Assembly (NCBI GenBank): GCA_043799575.1
Contig: JAZDNQ010000025.1
Location: 1-43,395 of the forward strand
Reading direction: 5' to 3'
Origin: Patescibacteria group bacterium
GTDB lineage: Bacteria; Patescibacteriota; Gracilibacteria; JAHISY01
DNA: 43,395 nucleotides
Under the pieces are notes generated by a model. It had not been told where the DNA came from. It worked only from the letters and a program-made list of their open reading frames with translations, and ran no database searches. The translations under genes and the position numbers were made by a program. Positions 17,347 through 26,642 of the stretch are shown in pieces (the first letter of the stretch is position 1; each line of letters starts with the position of its first letter).

Positions 17347-18012
17347 TTAATTGTGGTCTTTACGGCCAAGATAATCAGTAAGAATAGTGGTAAGAGTCAC
17401 GTTATTAATTTTCCCGCGATCATACCACTCAACTATCGAAGTCACGCGCAAAATATTGTTAGCCTCAGTGGTTAGGGCATCTTGGGTCTGATCGTCATTG
17501 AGATACTCTGTGTAAATTTCGCGATAAAAAGGCGTGTCTGCGCCATTCGAAAATTGGTTGTAGAGTCCATTTGCGTCGATTTTGAGTTGATAATCGGCAT
17601 CGCTATCACCTACACCATCGTACAGATCAAGCCTACCGCCTAGGCCTGCAGACTGAAGTTCCCAACGGTAATTGTTAGGATCAAATCGCGCGACATACTG
17701 CTGTCGATGCCTGATCGGATCGATAGAGTATCCCCCACCAGAATCAACGCACTCCGAAGGATCGAGATTGTTCCAGCAAGTCCGTCTGTCTCCCGCGAAA
17801 CGCAACCAGTTGGTATCACGAATTACTCGCACCGCCTCCAGTCCTTCACGCGCGAGATTAGTAGCGATCACACGTTCTTTTGTAAGATCATTATTAACCG
17901 TCGCTATGGCAAAAAGACGCGCTGAAGCCAGCGCACCAACAATCAACACGATCGTAGCTACTAGAACTTCGATCAAAGTCTCACCGCGACGAGATTTGAT
18001 TATGGCAAGCAT
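17347..18012 (-). CDS. prepilin-type protein (PilV-like minor pilin), atypical G|ETLIE site
   Basis: SRRGETLIEVLVATIVLIVGALA. 221 aa. Confidence 0.65.
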   Translation of the reverse strand: MLAIIKSRRGETLIEVLVATIVLIVGALASARLFAIATVNNDLTKERVIATNLAREGLEAVRVIRDTNWLRFAGDRRTCWNNLDPSECVDSGGGYSIDPIRHRQQYVARFDPNNYRWELQSAGLGGRLDLYDGVGDSDADYQLKIDANGLYNQFSNGADTPFYREIYTEYLNDDQTQDALTTEANNILRVTSIVEWYDRGKINNVTLTTILTDYLGRKDHN

Positions 18013-18695
18013 TAGTTTTTGAAAACTTGGGGCGAAGTGGTCACGCGATTAAATTTGATCGTACGAGTTTGATCCTCAGTCAGAAGTTTAAACTCAGCTT
18101 CAAAATTTTGAAGCTCCACTGACGAATTTCCGAGGATGTTAGTCTCCGCGTATGGCGGTTTGAAAATAACCGTGACTGTATTACCCGGCGTGTTCGGCCA
18201 AGCTTCGCCAGATGTGAGATCTTCGCCTTTCAGAAAAGTTAGCTGCACATATTTGTAGGCATTGATATTAACCGTCTCCAACTCTGAATCTTTCGAAGGT
18301 GTATAGATCCCGTCCGGCAAAATCCGATTAGCAATATCTTCGTCAGCGTAATTTACGTTTACGGCAGCACCTTTGGCTTCATTCCAGTCATCGACAAAAA
18401 GAACTGCCTTTTGTTCTGTTGGCTCAACCGCATCCGTCAAATCAAAAAATACACCGTAACCGCCCGTCGGTATTTTACTTTGTGAGTTTAATTCGCTCGC
18501 GATTGCTTGAGTACGTGCCTGATTGAGTAAACTCACAACATCAGCGACTGTCTTCTCGAATTGACTACGACGGATCGATGCAACAAACCCGGGAACCGCT
18601 GCGATGGTAATCACCATCAAAATCATCACAACGACAATCAGCTCGACGAGAGTAAAACCTTTGCGCGCACGAATGAGTTTTCGCAGTTTTTCCAC
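18012..18695 (-). CDS. prepilin-type protein (FimT/GspH-like pseudopilin)
   Basis: RKGFTLVELIVVVMILMVITIAAVPGF. 227 aa. Overlaps the next gene by 1 nt. Confidence 0.75.
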   Translation of the reverse strand: MEKLRKLIRARKGFTLVELIVVVMILMVITIAAVPGFVASIRRSQFEKTVADVVSLLNQARTQAIASELNSQSKIPTGGYGVFFDLTDAVEPTEQKAVLFVDDWNEAKGAAVNVNYADEDIANRILPDGIYTPSKDSELETVNINAYKYVQLTFLKGEDLTSGEAWPNTPGNTVTVIFKPPYAETNILGNSSVELQNFEAEFKLLTEDQTRTIKFNRVTTSPQVFKN

Positions 18696-18751
18696 TAAAA
18701 TAAATTAAATTGGTTGATAATTTTACCAAATTTTAGCTTAAAAAGCAACTA

Positions 18752-19849
18752 ATGGCTCTTAAAATCGGGATTGTCGGACTGCCAAATGTCGGGAAATCGA
18801 CGCTTTTTAACGCGCTGACTAGGTCGCACGCAGCTGCTGCGGAAAATTATCCCTTTTGCACGATCGACCCGAATATCGGAATTGTCGAAGTCCCCGACGA
18901 GCGCGTGGACAAATTGGCGCAGTTTTCGCAGTCGAAGAAGAAAATTCCGACCGCGATCGAATTCGTCGACATCGCCGGGCTGGTGAAAGGTGCGAGCGAG
19001 GGCGAAGGTCTCGGCAATAAATTTCTCGCGCACATTCGCGAAGTCGACGCGATCGTCGAAGTCGTCCGCGATTTCGTGAATCCCGATATTCAGCATGTTT
19101 CGAACGAGCCGGACGCCACCGAAGATATCGAGGTGATCGAGACGGAATTGATTTTGGCCGACCTCGCGACGCTAGCAAAACGCGGAAGCGATTTCGAGAA
19201 GCGCGCTCGGGCGGGCGAAAAAGATGCGAAAACCGCGGCGGGATTGATCGCGCGATTGCGGGAAAATTTGGAGGCAGAAAAACCGGCTCGGTCGGTCGAA
19301 ATCGAAAATGAAGATGAGGCGAAAATTCTCCGCGAGCTGCAACTGCTCACAGCAAAACCTTTAATTTACGGTGTAAACGTCGATGAAAAAAGTTTGGCGA
19401 ATTTCGATGTCGCGAATTTTCGGGCGAAAACGAAACTCCCGGCCGACGCGAAAATCGTGCCGATCTCGGCGAAAATCGAGAGCGAGTTGGTCGAACTTTC
19501 CGACGAGGAAGCGGCGATTTTCCTCACTGATTTGGGTTTGCAGGAATCAAGTTTGAACCGACTGATTCGCGAAGCGTATTCGCTTTTGAATTTGATTACT
19601 TTTTTCACAAGCGGCGAAAAAGAGACGCGCGCGTGGACGATTGAAAAAGGTTTGACCGCGCCGAATGCCGCCGGGAAAATTCACACCGATTTCGAGCGCG
19701 GATTTATCAAGGCCGACGTAATCGCGACGGAAAAACTTTTGGAAGCCGGGAGTGAAGCGGCAGCGCGGGATCGCGGTTGGATTCGTTCGGAAGGCAAAAC
19801 TTACCTCGTTCAGGACGGCGATGTCTGCGTTTTCAAATTCAATGTCTAA
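18752..19849 (+). CDS. ychF: redox-regulated ATPase YchF (Ola1 family)
   Basis: [21 protein letters not shown]-loop, [11 protein letters not shown]-terminal ...FIKAEV-like FIKADVI. 365 aa. Confidence 0.95.
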   Translation: MALKIGIVGLPNVGKSTLFNALTRSHAAAAENYPFCTIDPNIGIVEVPDERVDKLAQFSQSKKKIPTAIEFVDIAGLVKGASEGEGLGNKFLAHIREVDAIVEVVRDFVNPDIQHVSNEPDATEDIEVIETELILADLATLAKRGSDFEKRARAGEKDAKTAAGLIARLRENLEAEKPARSVEIENEDEAKILRELQLLTAKPLIYGVNVDEKSLANFDVANFRAKTKLPADAKIVPISAKIESELVELSDEEAAIFLTDLGLQESSLNRLIREAYSLLNLITFFTSGEKETRAWTIEKGLTAPNAAGKIHTDFERGFIKADVIATEKLLEAGSEAAARDRGWIRSEGKTYLVQDGDVCVFKFNV

Positions 19850-20711
19850 AAAAATTCTCCTTTTCGGCGCGGACGGCCAACTCGGAAAAGCTTTGAAACA
19901 AGTGCTTTCCGCTGATTTCGATTTGAAAAGTTTTTCGCGAAACGAACTCGACATCACGAATTTCGCGGAAGTCGAAAAAGTTTGCAGCGAAATTCGTCCC
20001 GACTTTTTGGTGAACGCCGCCGCATTCACCGCCGTCGACCGCGCGGAGACCGAACGCGAACTCGCGACACTCGTGAATTCTGAAGCCGTCGGAAATCTCG
20101 CGCGGGTCGCGAAAAATTTGAATGCGAAATTAATTCATTTTTCGACGGATTATGTTTTTGATGGCAAGCCGCAGGCGCAGCCCGCCGAAGCTCAAAGAGC
20201 GAAGGCGGGAGAAAATTTTGCAGGTTATTTCGAAAATGACGAGCCGAATCCGGTTAATTTTTACGGCGGATCGAAGCTCGCCGGAGAACAAAAAATTTTA
20301 GAATCGGGTTGCGATTTTGCGATTTTGCGAACGAGCTGGCTCTTCGGCGACGGCAAAAATTTCGTGCGGACGATGCTCACGCTCGCGCAAGAAAATACTG
20401 AAATTAAAGTAGTTTCCGATCAAATCGGCTGTCCGACTTTCACCGAAGATTTGGCGAAAATGACGCGCGAGATTTTGAAAAAAAATCTGAGTGGAATTTT
20501 TCATGCAACGAATTCCGGTGCGACGAGCTGGGCAAATTTCGCACGGAAAATTTTTGAGTTGAAAAATCTACCGACGAAAGTGATCACCATTCCGACCAAG
20601 GAATTTCCGACTCCCGCGCGGCGACCGCAGAATTCGATTCTGCAGAATTCGAAACTGCCAGAAATGCGCAGATGGGAAGACGCGCTCGCGGAATATTTGG
20701 AATCACTTTGA
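19842..20711 (+). CDS. rfbD: dTDP-4-dehydrorhamnose reductase
   Basis: KILLFGADGQLG, ELDITN, NAAAFTAVDRAE, STDYVFDG, YGGSKLAGE. The ATG overlaps the ychF stop (ATGTCTAA). The track ORF from 19752 is an upstream extension. Confidence 0.88.
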   Translation: MSKKILLFGADGQLGKALKQVLSADFDLKSFSRNELDITNFAEVEKVCSEIRPDFLVNAAAFTAVDRAETERELATLVNSEAVGNLARVAKNLNAKLIHFSTDYVFDGKPQAQPAEAQRAKAGENFAGYFENDEPNPVNFYGGSKLAGEQKILESGCDFAILRTSWLFGDGKNFVRTMLTLAQENTEIKVVSDQIGCPTFTEDLAKMTREILKKNLSGIFHATNSGATSWANFARKIFELKNLPTKVITIPTKEFPTPARRPQNSILQNSKLPEMRRWEDALAEYLESL

Positions 20712-21284
20712 TTTTTTCCGCACTGCCGCCAAACCTTTCCAATCCTCCAAATCGAGTTTGGGTCTTTTTTTACGGTATTTCGCGTAAAGTTCAATTCCTT
20801 TTTCGTCTTCGAGAATCTCAACCGTGATCCCCTTTTGGCGCAATAATTTTTCGTTGCCCGACGCATTCGTGACATCGCCGACGACGACTTTCTTGAAACC
20901 GCGCATGTAAATCAGCGCGGCGCAAACATCGCAGGGACTGAGCGAAGTAAAAATCGTCGTCCGACTGAAATCGATCCGGCCAGCGTCGCGAATGGCCGAA
21001 GTCTCACCGTGATTGTACGGATCATTTTCTTGAACGAGTGTGTTGTGACCTTTGCCAACGATCGCACGCGTTTTGTTGTCGATAATGACCGCGCCGATCG
21101 GACAGCCGCCTTCGGCAAAACTTTTTTGCGCGAGCAAAACTGCAATGCGCATAAAATCCTTATTTTCCAGCATTTTCCAGAAACTTTTTTCAACTAATTT
21201 TAGCAAACTAGTCGTCGGCAAATGCGCAATCAGATCAAGCAGCGCGTCCGAAACCGGAGTTTTTTTGTGAATAAAAAATGACAT
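20703..21284 (-). CDS. Fcy1-type cytosine deaminase (CDA-fold zinc deaminase); start possibly Met38 at 21173
   Basis: HGETSAI...SLSPCDVCAALI zinc motifs. From memory the whole core is collinear with yeast Fcy1 (EGGxPIG...GxGHN...TTLSPCDMC...VVG). Confidence 0.75.
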   Translation of the reverse strand: MSFFIHKKTPVSDALLDLIAHLPTTSLLKLVEKSFWKMLENKDFMRIAVLLAQKSFAEGGCPIGAVIIDNKTRAIVGKGHNTLVQENDPYNHGETSAIRDAGRIDFSRTTIFTSLSPCDVCAALIYMRGFKKVVVGDVTNASGNEKLLRQKGITVEILEDEKGIELYAKYRKKRPKLDLEDWKGLAAVRKKSK

Positions 21285-21303
21285 CGCGAATTATTTTAGC
21301 AAC

Positions 21304-21336
21304 AAAAAGTAGAGATGTTGCATGCAACATCTCTAC
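21304..21336 (-). terminator. intrinsic terminator of rplJ-rplL (GTAGRGA palindrome family)
   Basis: Perfect 28-nt palindrome GTAGAGATGTTGCATGCAACATCTCTAC (21309-21336), followed on the minus strand by TTTTT (21304-21308). Confidence 0.8.
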
Positions 21337-21358
21337 CTCTTTTAAATTTTTGCAGAAA

Positions 21359-21760
21359 TTATTTGAGGGTGACTTTGCAGCCGGCCTCTTCCAATTTCTT
21401 TTTGATTTCCTCAGCTTCTGCTTTCGGAACATTCTCTTTGATGACTTTCGGAGCGCCTTCGACAGTCGCTTTCGCTTCACCGAGACCTTGACCAGTGATT
21501 TCTTTGACGACTTTGATCGCGCCAATCTTATTCGCGCCGGCATCAGTCAGCTCGATCGCGAAAGAAGATTTTTCCTCGCCTGCCGGAGCACCAGCCGGAA
21601 CACCAGCAGCCGCGACTGCGACCGGAGCCGCCGCCGAGACGCCGAACTTCTCCTCCATCGCTTTGACCAAGTTGGCCAAATCGAGGACTTTGAGCTCGCT
21701 CACTGCGTCGAGAATTTTTTGAGCCTCAGCTGAGAGCTCGATTTTTGCCTCATCAGACAT
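21359..21760 (-). CDS. rplL: 50S ribosomal protein L7/L12
   Basis: Ala/Pro-rich hinge, then ...[46 protein letters not shown]. 133 aa. Confidence 0.95.
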   Translation of the reverse strand: MSDEAKIELSAEAQKILDAVSELKVLDLANLVKAMEEKFGVSAAAPVAVAAAGVPAGAPAGEEKSSFAIELTDAGANKIGAIKVVKEITGQGLGEAKATVEGAPKVIKENVPKAEAEEIKKKLEEAGCKVTLK

Positions 21761-21789
21761 TTTAAATTGGGTTAAAAATTATTAATAAA

Positions 21790-22323
21790 TTAAGCCTGCG
21801 CGCCTTGTTTTTCGCGAATGGCGTCGAGAGCACGAACGAAGCCCGAAATAATTTGATTGCCGGCAACCGCGAAGCCGCGAATCGGAGAAACCAAAAGTCC
21901 AACCAATTGACCAAGCAGGACATCTTTCGACGGCAACTGGCCGAGCTGCTGAGCAGCCGCTTTGGTAAGAATTTCGCCCTCGAAAATACCGCCGAGCAAA
22001 TCAATTTGCTTGAAATCGCTTTTCGCTTTTTCGAGAATCTGGAAACCAGCCAGCTCGTCACCGTGGGAGAAAACCGCGGCAACCGGACCTTCGAGTGCCT
22101 CAGCCGGAATTTCTTTCATCCCCGCGTTTTTTGCCGCGAGCTGAATCAAAGTTTTTTTCGCGACAACCATTCGCGCCTCGCCTTCGCGCAACTTCGAACG
22201 AAGCGCCTGAATCTCGGAAACTTTGATCCCGATGTACGCGGTCAGCGCGACCGATTTGGAATTTTTGAATTCGGCCTCGAGGTCGGCGAGAATTTCGGAT
22301 TTTTTGGATTTGGTGACAGCCAT
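21790..22323 (-). CDS. rplJ: 50S ribosomal protein L10
   Basis: MAVTKSKKSEILADLEAEFKNSKSVALTAYIGIKVSEIQALRSKLRE... 177 aa, immediately upstream of rplL. Confidence 0.92.
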   Translation of the reverse strand: MAVTKSKKSEILADLEAEFKNSKSVALTAYIGIKVSEIQALRSKLREGEARMVVAKKTLIQLAAKNAGMKEIPAEALEGPVAAVFSHGDELAGFQILEKAKSDFKQIDLLGGIFEGEILTKAAAQQLGQLPSKDVLLGQLVGLLVSPIRGFAVAGNQIISGFVRALDAIREKQGAQA

Positions 22324-22450
22324 TTTAGTGAGATAAAAAAGAAGGTTTGCGCTCAGACTGGAGACAGCAAACCCTTTGGAAACAGTGGTTTTGCCTCGGC
22401 GGGATTTAGCAACCCGCTTTCTTCAGCCCGAAATGTAGGGGGATTTTAGC
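22324..22450 (-). promoter_or_regulatory. putative L10 leader with attenuator-like hairpin
   Basis: On the minus strand, GGTTTGC-N16-GCAAACC (22344-22373) is followed by TTCTTTTTT and ends ~12 nt before the rplJ ATG, so rplJ transcripts must read through it. A further hairpin GCGGG-N9-CCCGC lies upstream. Confidence 0.4.
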
Positions 22451-22476
22451 GAAAAATTTACGGAATGCAAATTTTT

Positions 22477-22959
22477 TTACTGCGCCGGAGTTTCGGTCGA
22501 GTCAGCCGCCGGAGCAGTTGAATTTTCCGAACTGCTGGTCGTAGTCGTTTGCTCGGTCGCAGTCGTCGAATCAGTTTGGGCTGAATCACCTGCTGAAGTT
22601 TTGATCTCACAGTAGTCGGACATTTTGCCGACGATCGCGAGCGAAATTTCTTTTTTACTAGTCGGATCAGCCTCGATAGTTTTTTGATAAGTCCCGAAAG
22701 CATCCGCCGCGACTCCGACCTCGGCGAGAATCTGCTGCGCTTTCGTCTCGATATCCGCACTCGAATCGGTCGGATTGTTCGCAGGAAGGCAAAGAATTTG
22801 CGCGGACAAATCGATGAAAAGCGCATCGGTCAACGCGACATCAGTCGGAACTGTCGGCTCGTCGGCCGGCGGATTTTCGCTCGGATCGGCCGGGCCGCTG
22901 CCAAAATTGCAGCCGAAAAGCAGAGTTGAAACGGCCAAGGCCGCAAAAATCTTTTTCAT
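22477..22959 (-). CDS. lipoprotein of unknown function
   Basis: MKKIFAALAVSTLLFGC lipobox. Has a Thr/Ser-rich C-terminal tail. 160 aa. Confidence 0.6.
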   Translation of the reverse strand: MKKIFAALAVSTLLFGCNFGSGPADPSENPPADEPTVPTDVALTDALFIDLSAQILCLPANNPTDSSADIETKAQQILAEVGVAADAFGTYQKTIEADPTSKKEISLAIVGKMSDYCEIKTSAGDSAQTDSTTATEQTTTTSSSENSTAPAADSTETPAQ

Positions 22960-22997
22960 TTTTTAAGGTTAAAATTCGTTTCAAGTTTATTCCAAAA

Positions 22998-23894
22998 ATG
23001 GCAAAAGTCCAAAAAGCCGTGAAATTGGTGGAAAAATTTTTGGCCGGAAAGCCGAAAAAACCAGTCGTCGTGCTCGTCGGTCCAACCGCGAGCGGCAAAA
23101 CCGCGGCGGCGATTCGACTCGCGGAGAAACTTCGCGGGGAAATCGTGAACGCTGATTCGCGACAAATTTACCGCGGGCTCGAGATCGGCAGCGCTCCGCC
23201 GACCGCGGACGAGCGGAAAAAAATTCCGCACCACCTCGTCGGAATTTTTTCCCCGCGAAAAGTCGTCTCTGTCGCGACGTACCGGAAACTCGCGGAAAAG
23301 AAAATTCGGGAAATTTTGACGCGACGGAAACTCCCGATCGTCGCGGGTGGGCACACGCTTTTAATTTCCGCACTCGTCGAAAATTTTCGTTTCCCGGGTA
23401 AAGCCGATCTTGCACGGCGCGCGGCGCTTGAAAAAATTTGGCTGAAAAATCCGCAGAAATTGTGGGAAAAACTGCGAAAAATCGATCCGAACGCGGCGGC
23501 GAAAATCCCGCCGGAAAATCGCCATCATCTCATTCGCGCGATTGAGCGCGCCGAGAATTCGGAAAAACCGACGCTCGGAAAACGCAAATTCGACTTTTTG
23601 ATTTTCGGAATCGCGACCGACCGCGAAAAACTTTATGCGCAGATCGATCACCGCGTCGATGGAATGCTGCGCGCGGGACTTTTGAGCGAAGTCGAATCAC
23701 TCGCGAAAAAATTCGAGCGCTACTCCCCCGCACTGCGCGGACACGGTTATCGGGAAATTTTGGATTTTTTGCATGGCGAAAAAACTTGGGAAACTGCCAT
23801 CGAGGAAATCAAACGCGACACGCGCAATTACGCAAAACGCCAAATGACTTGGCTGCGCAATTGCGACTTCGCGAGCGAGATTCACTGGATTTGA
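22998..23894 (+). CDS. miaA: tRNA dimethylallyltransferase
   Basis: VLVGPTASGKTAAAIRLA, IVNADSRQIYRGLEIGSAPPT, PHHL. The start is set at ATG 22998 rather than the track extension at 22926. Confidence 0.92.
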   Translation: MAKVQKAVKLVEKFLAGKPKKPVVVLVGPTASGKTAAAIRLAEKLRGEIVNADSRQIYRGLEIGSAPPTADERKKIPHHLVGIFSPRKVVSVATYRKLAEKKIREILTRRKLPIVAGGHTLLISALVENFRFPGKADLARRAALEKIWLKNPQKLWEKLRKIDPNAAAKIPPENRHHLIRAIERAENSEKPTLGKRKFDFLIFGIATDREKLYAQIDHRVDGMLRAGLLSEVESLAKKFERYSPALRGHGYREILDFLHGEKTWETAIEEIKRDTRNYAKRQMTWLRNCDFASEIHWI

Positions 23895-23936
23895 CGGCAA
23901 AAAGTCCTCAGGTAAAATCAGCCACTTAAAAAATTT

Positions 23937-24350
23937 TTGGCTGAGGTTTCTGAAATTCTCGAACCAAATCGCACACGAATTACTTTTTTAATCAGAAGAA
24001 TATTTAGGTCTATAAATTTTCAGCCAATCCAAGAATATATCTCAACAAAAGATGAGTGGACTCTTATTAAGAGATTAAATCGCAACTGTAGAGAAACTCG
24101 ATTAAGAGAAATCTTCTCTGACCTTGCAGATGTTTTGGAATATTTACCTGATCAACATGCTAAAAAATTACTGCGGCAAACCGAAAGTGCGTTAGTTGAT
24201 TTACCGTGTTTTTTGATGGACCCAGATGACACCGATTTTCAAATCGAAAAATTATTGGAAATCGCTCGCGAAATCTTTGACGAAGTTTGCCAAATTTTGG
24301 GAGAATTGGTTTCGCAAATTGAAGAAGCTCGCCCGCCATCTCGTCCTTAA
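23937..24350 (+). CDS. hypothetical helical protein (AT-rich orphan, TTG start in track)
   Basis: 137-aa ORF with G+C of 18/60 over 24001-24060. Its 3' end overlaps the murF track ORF by 125 nt. Confidence 0.4.
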   Translation: MAEVSEILEPNRTRITFLIRRIFRSINFQPIQEYISTKDEWTLIKRLNRNCRETRLREIFSDLADVLEYLPDQHAKKLLRQTESALVDLPCFLMDPDDTDFQIEKLLEIAREIFDEVCQILGELVSQIEEARPPSRP

Positions 24351-25539
24351 ATTCCTGAGCCTGCATGCGAGACGACGCGTTTCGGCTAAATCGACGATCG
24401 TCGGAATCACCGGTTCGGTCGGCAAAACGACGGCGAAAGATGCGGCGGCGCAGATTTTGGCCAGCCGGTTCAAAGTTTTGGCGAATAAAAAAAGTTTGAA
24501 TTCGGAGTTCGGTGTGCCACTCACGCTGCTCGAAGAAAATTCCGGTTTTTCCAATCCGCTGAAATGGCTCGGGATTCTTTGGCGCGCGGAGTGGCGCGGA
24601 ACATGCAAATTGTCCGCGGAAAAAATCGTGCTCGAGCTCGGCGCGGACAAACCCGGTGATATTGCGAAATTGCTCGAAATCGTGCGACCGCAAATCGGCG
24701 TTTTTTTGAATGTCGCGCCCGTACATCTCGCCGCGGGACAGTTTGCGAATGTCGAGGCGATCGCGCAGGAAAAACGGAAATTGATTGAGAATTTACCGGA
24801 AAGTGGCATCGCGATTTTGAACGCGGACGACGAATTTTCGCGCGAGACAAAAACGAAGGCGCGGAAAATATTTTTCGGTTTTGGGAAAAATGCGAATCTC
24901 CGCACAGAGAAAATCGTTGAAAATCTCAACGGAATTTCCGCGCAGATTTTTTGGAAAAAAGAATCAGCGCAGCTCACCGTCCCGATCGTCGGTCGACAAA
25001 ATTTGCCTTCAATTTTGGCCGCACTCGCCGTCGGTCTCGCAAGCGGAATTCCTTTGAAAAAAGCTGTTTCTGCGCTCGCAGATTTTCATTTGCCATCAGG
25101 AAGACTGAATCTTTTGAGTGGAATTTGCGGCGCGAAAATTCTCGACGGCTCGTACAATTCGAATCCGAAAAGTCTCGCTGCGGCACTCGACACGCTCGCG
25201 CATTTACCAGCGAAACGCAAAATTTTCGTCGGCGGACAAATGAACGAGCTCGGCGCAGAGTCGGAAAAATTTCATCGGGAACTCGGCGCAAAAGCGGCGA
25301 AAATTGCCGATCTGATAATTGGAGTTCATGGCGACGCGAAATTTTTCGGTGGGAAATTTTTCGCAACTGCGGGCGAGGCCGGGAAATTTTTGCAGAAAGA
25401 AATTCGCGCGGGCGATTTGCTTTTGGTGAAAGGCAGCCAAAACAAAGTCCGGCTCGAAAAAACAATCGCACAACTTTTGGCAGATCCGAACGACCAAAAA
25501 CTACTTTGTCGACAAGAAGCAGATTGGCAAAAGCGCTGA
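24226..25539 (+). CDS. murF: UDP-N-acetylmuramoyl-tripeptide--D-alanyl-D-alanine ligase, N-terminal domain short; start uncertain (ATG 24226, TTG 24277 or TTG 24319)
   Basis: GITGSVGKTTAKD P-loop lies only ~60 residues from the first possible start. Other Mur-ligase motifs: LELGADKPGDI, NADD, GRLN, DGSYNSNP. Confidence 0.85.
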   Translation: MTPIFKSKNYWKSLAKSLTKFAKFWENWFRKLKKLARHLVLKFLSLHARRRVSAKSTIVGITGSVGKTTAKDAAAQILASRFKVLANKKSLNSEFGVPLTLLEENSGFSNPLKWLGILWRAEWRGTCKLSAEKIVLELGADKPGDIAKLLEIVRPQIGVFLNVAPVHLAAGQFANVEAIAQEKRKLIENLPESGIAILNADDEFSRETKTKARKIFFGFGKNANLRTEKIVENLNGISAQIFWKKESAQLTVPIVGRQNLPSILAALAVGLASGIPLKKAVSALADFHLPSGRLNLLSGICGAKILDGSYNSNPKSLAAALDTLAHLPAKRKIFVGGQMNELGAESEKFHRELGAKAAKIADLIIGVHGDAKFFGGKFFATAGEAGKFLQKEIRAGDLLLVKGSQNKVRLEKTIAQLLADPNDQKLLCRQEADWQKR

Positions 25540-25574
25540 AAATATGCTAAAATTCTGCGAATTAAAAACAAAAA

Positions 25575-26642
25575 ATGGCTGATCTGGAAAAGCTTTTACG
25601 CAAGCAAATCGACAATGCTTGTTCGGATTTGCACCTCATCACGGGCGAACCACCTTTTTTGCGTATGCCGAATGGCGAGCTCAAACCGATCGATGGTGAG
25701 CCGGTGATTTCGCGGGAGGAAATCGAAAATATGGCGCGCGATATCTTGGGTGAGGAAGGTTTGGAAAAATTGCGCGAGGAAAAAGAAGTTGATTACGCGA
25801 TCGAACGCAAAGGTCTTTCGCGATTTCGTACGGCTTTTTACGAGGAAATGCGCGGTCCGGCGATCGCGATTCGCGCGATTCCTTTTGAAATTCCCAAACC
25901 GGAGCAAATCGGCATCCCAGCCGGGATTCTGAAACGAGTCGGCCGGAATGAAGGCTTGGTTTTGATCACGGGTCCGACTGGCTCGGGAAAATCGACGACG
26001 CTTGCGAGTCTAATCGATTATATTAATGCTACTCGCACAGCGCGCATCGTCACGATCGAAGATCCGATCGAATTTATTTTTGAGCGGAAAAATGCGGTCA
26101 TCTCGCAACGCGCAGTCGGAATCGACACGAAAAGTTTTGCAAAGGCGGTCCGGAATTCGATGCGACAAGATGCCGACATCATCGTGGTTGGAGAAATGCG
26201 CGATCTCGAGACCATGGCAACCGCGATCACACTCGCGGAAACTGGACACCTTGTGCTCGCGACTTTACACACCGACGACGCGCCGCGCGCGATTCAAAGA
26301 ATTTTGGACGTCTTTCCGGCGCAGCAGCAACAGCAAATCGCACTCCAACTCAGTCATTCTCTTTCGGCCATCATGGGCCAAAGATTAATTCCGCGCCAAG
26401 ATGGCGATGGTCGGGTATGTGTCCGCGAAATTATGTTCAATAATTCTGGTATTGCGAACGCAATCCGCGAACGCAAGATTTCGGAGATTTATTCGCAAAT
26501 TCAAATCAATGGTGAAAGCGGTATGCAACTCTTCGACGACAATCTTTTGGAGTTTGTAGAGACAGGCGAAATCTCAAAAGAAGAGGCTTTGCACGCTTCG
26601 CACGATCCAGTCCAGATGGCCGAGAACCTCGAAAATCTTTAG
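25575..26642 (+). CDS. pilT: type IV pilus retraction ATPase PilT
   Basis: SDLHL, GLVLITGPTGSGKSTTLA Walker A, IVVGEMRD Walker B, ETGHLVLATLHT. 355 aa. Confidence 0.9.
   Translation: MADLEKLLRKQIDNACSDLHLITGEPPFLRMPNGELKPIDGEPVISREEIENMARDILGEEGLEKLREEKEVDYAIERKGLSRFRTAFYEEMRGPAIAIRAIPFEIPKPEQIGIPAGILKRVGRNEGLVLITGPTGSGKSTTLASLIDYINATRTARIVTIEDPIEFIFERKNAVISQRAVGIDTKSFAKAVRNSMRQDADIIVVGEMRDLETMATAITLAETGHLVLATLHTDDAPRAIQRILDVFPAQQQQQIALQLSHSLSAIMGQRLIPRQDGDGRVCVREIMFNNSGIANAIRERKISEIYSQIQINGESGMQLFDDNLLEFVETGEISKEEALHASHDPVQMAENLENL

Noticed and set aside
23937-24350. The missing MurF N-terminal domain encoded by the upstream ORF via a frameshift
   Set aside because: The upstream ORF is all-helical, AT-rich and shows no resemblance to the MurF N-terminal domain. 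From memory, short-N-terminus MurF also occurs in other small-genome lineages.
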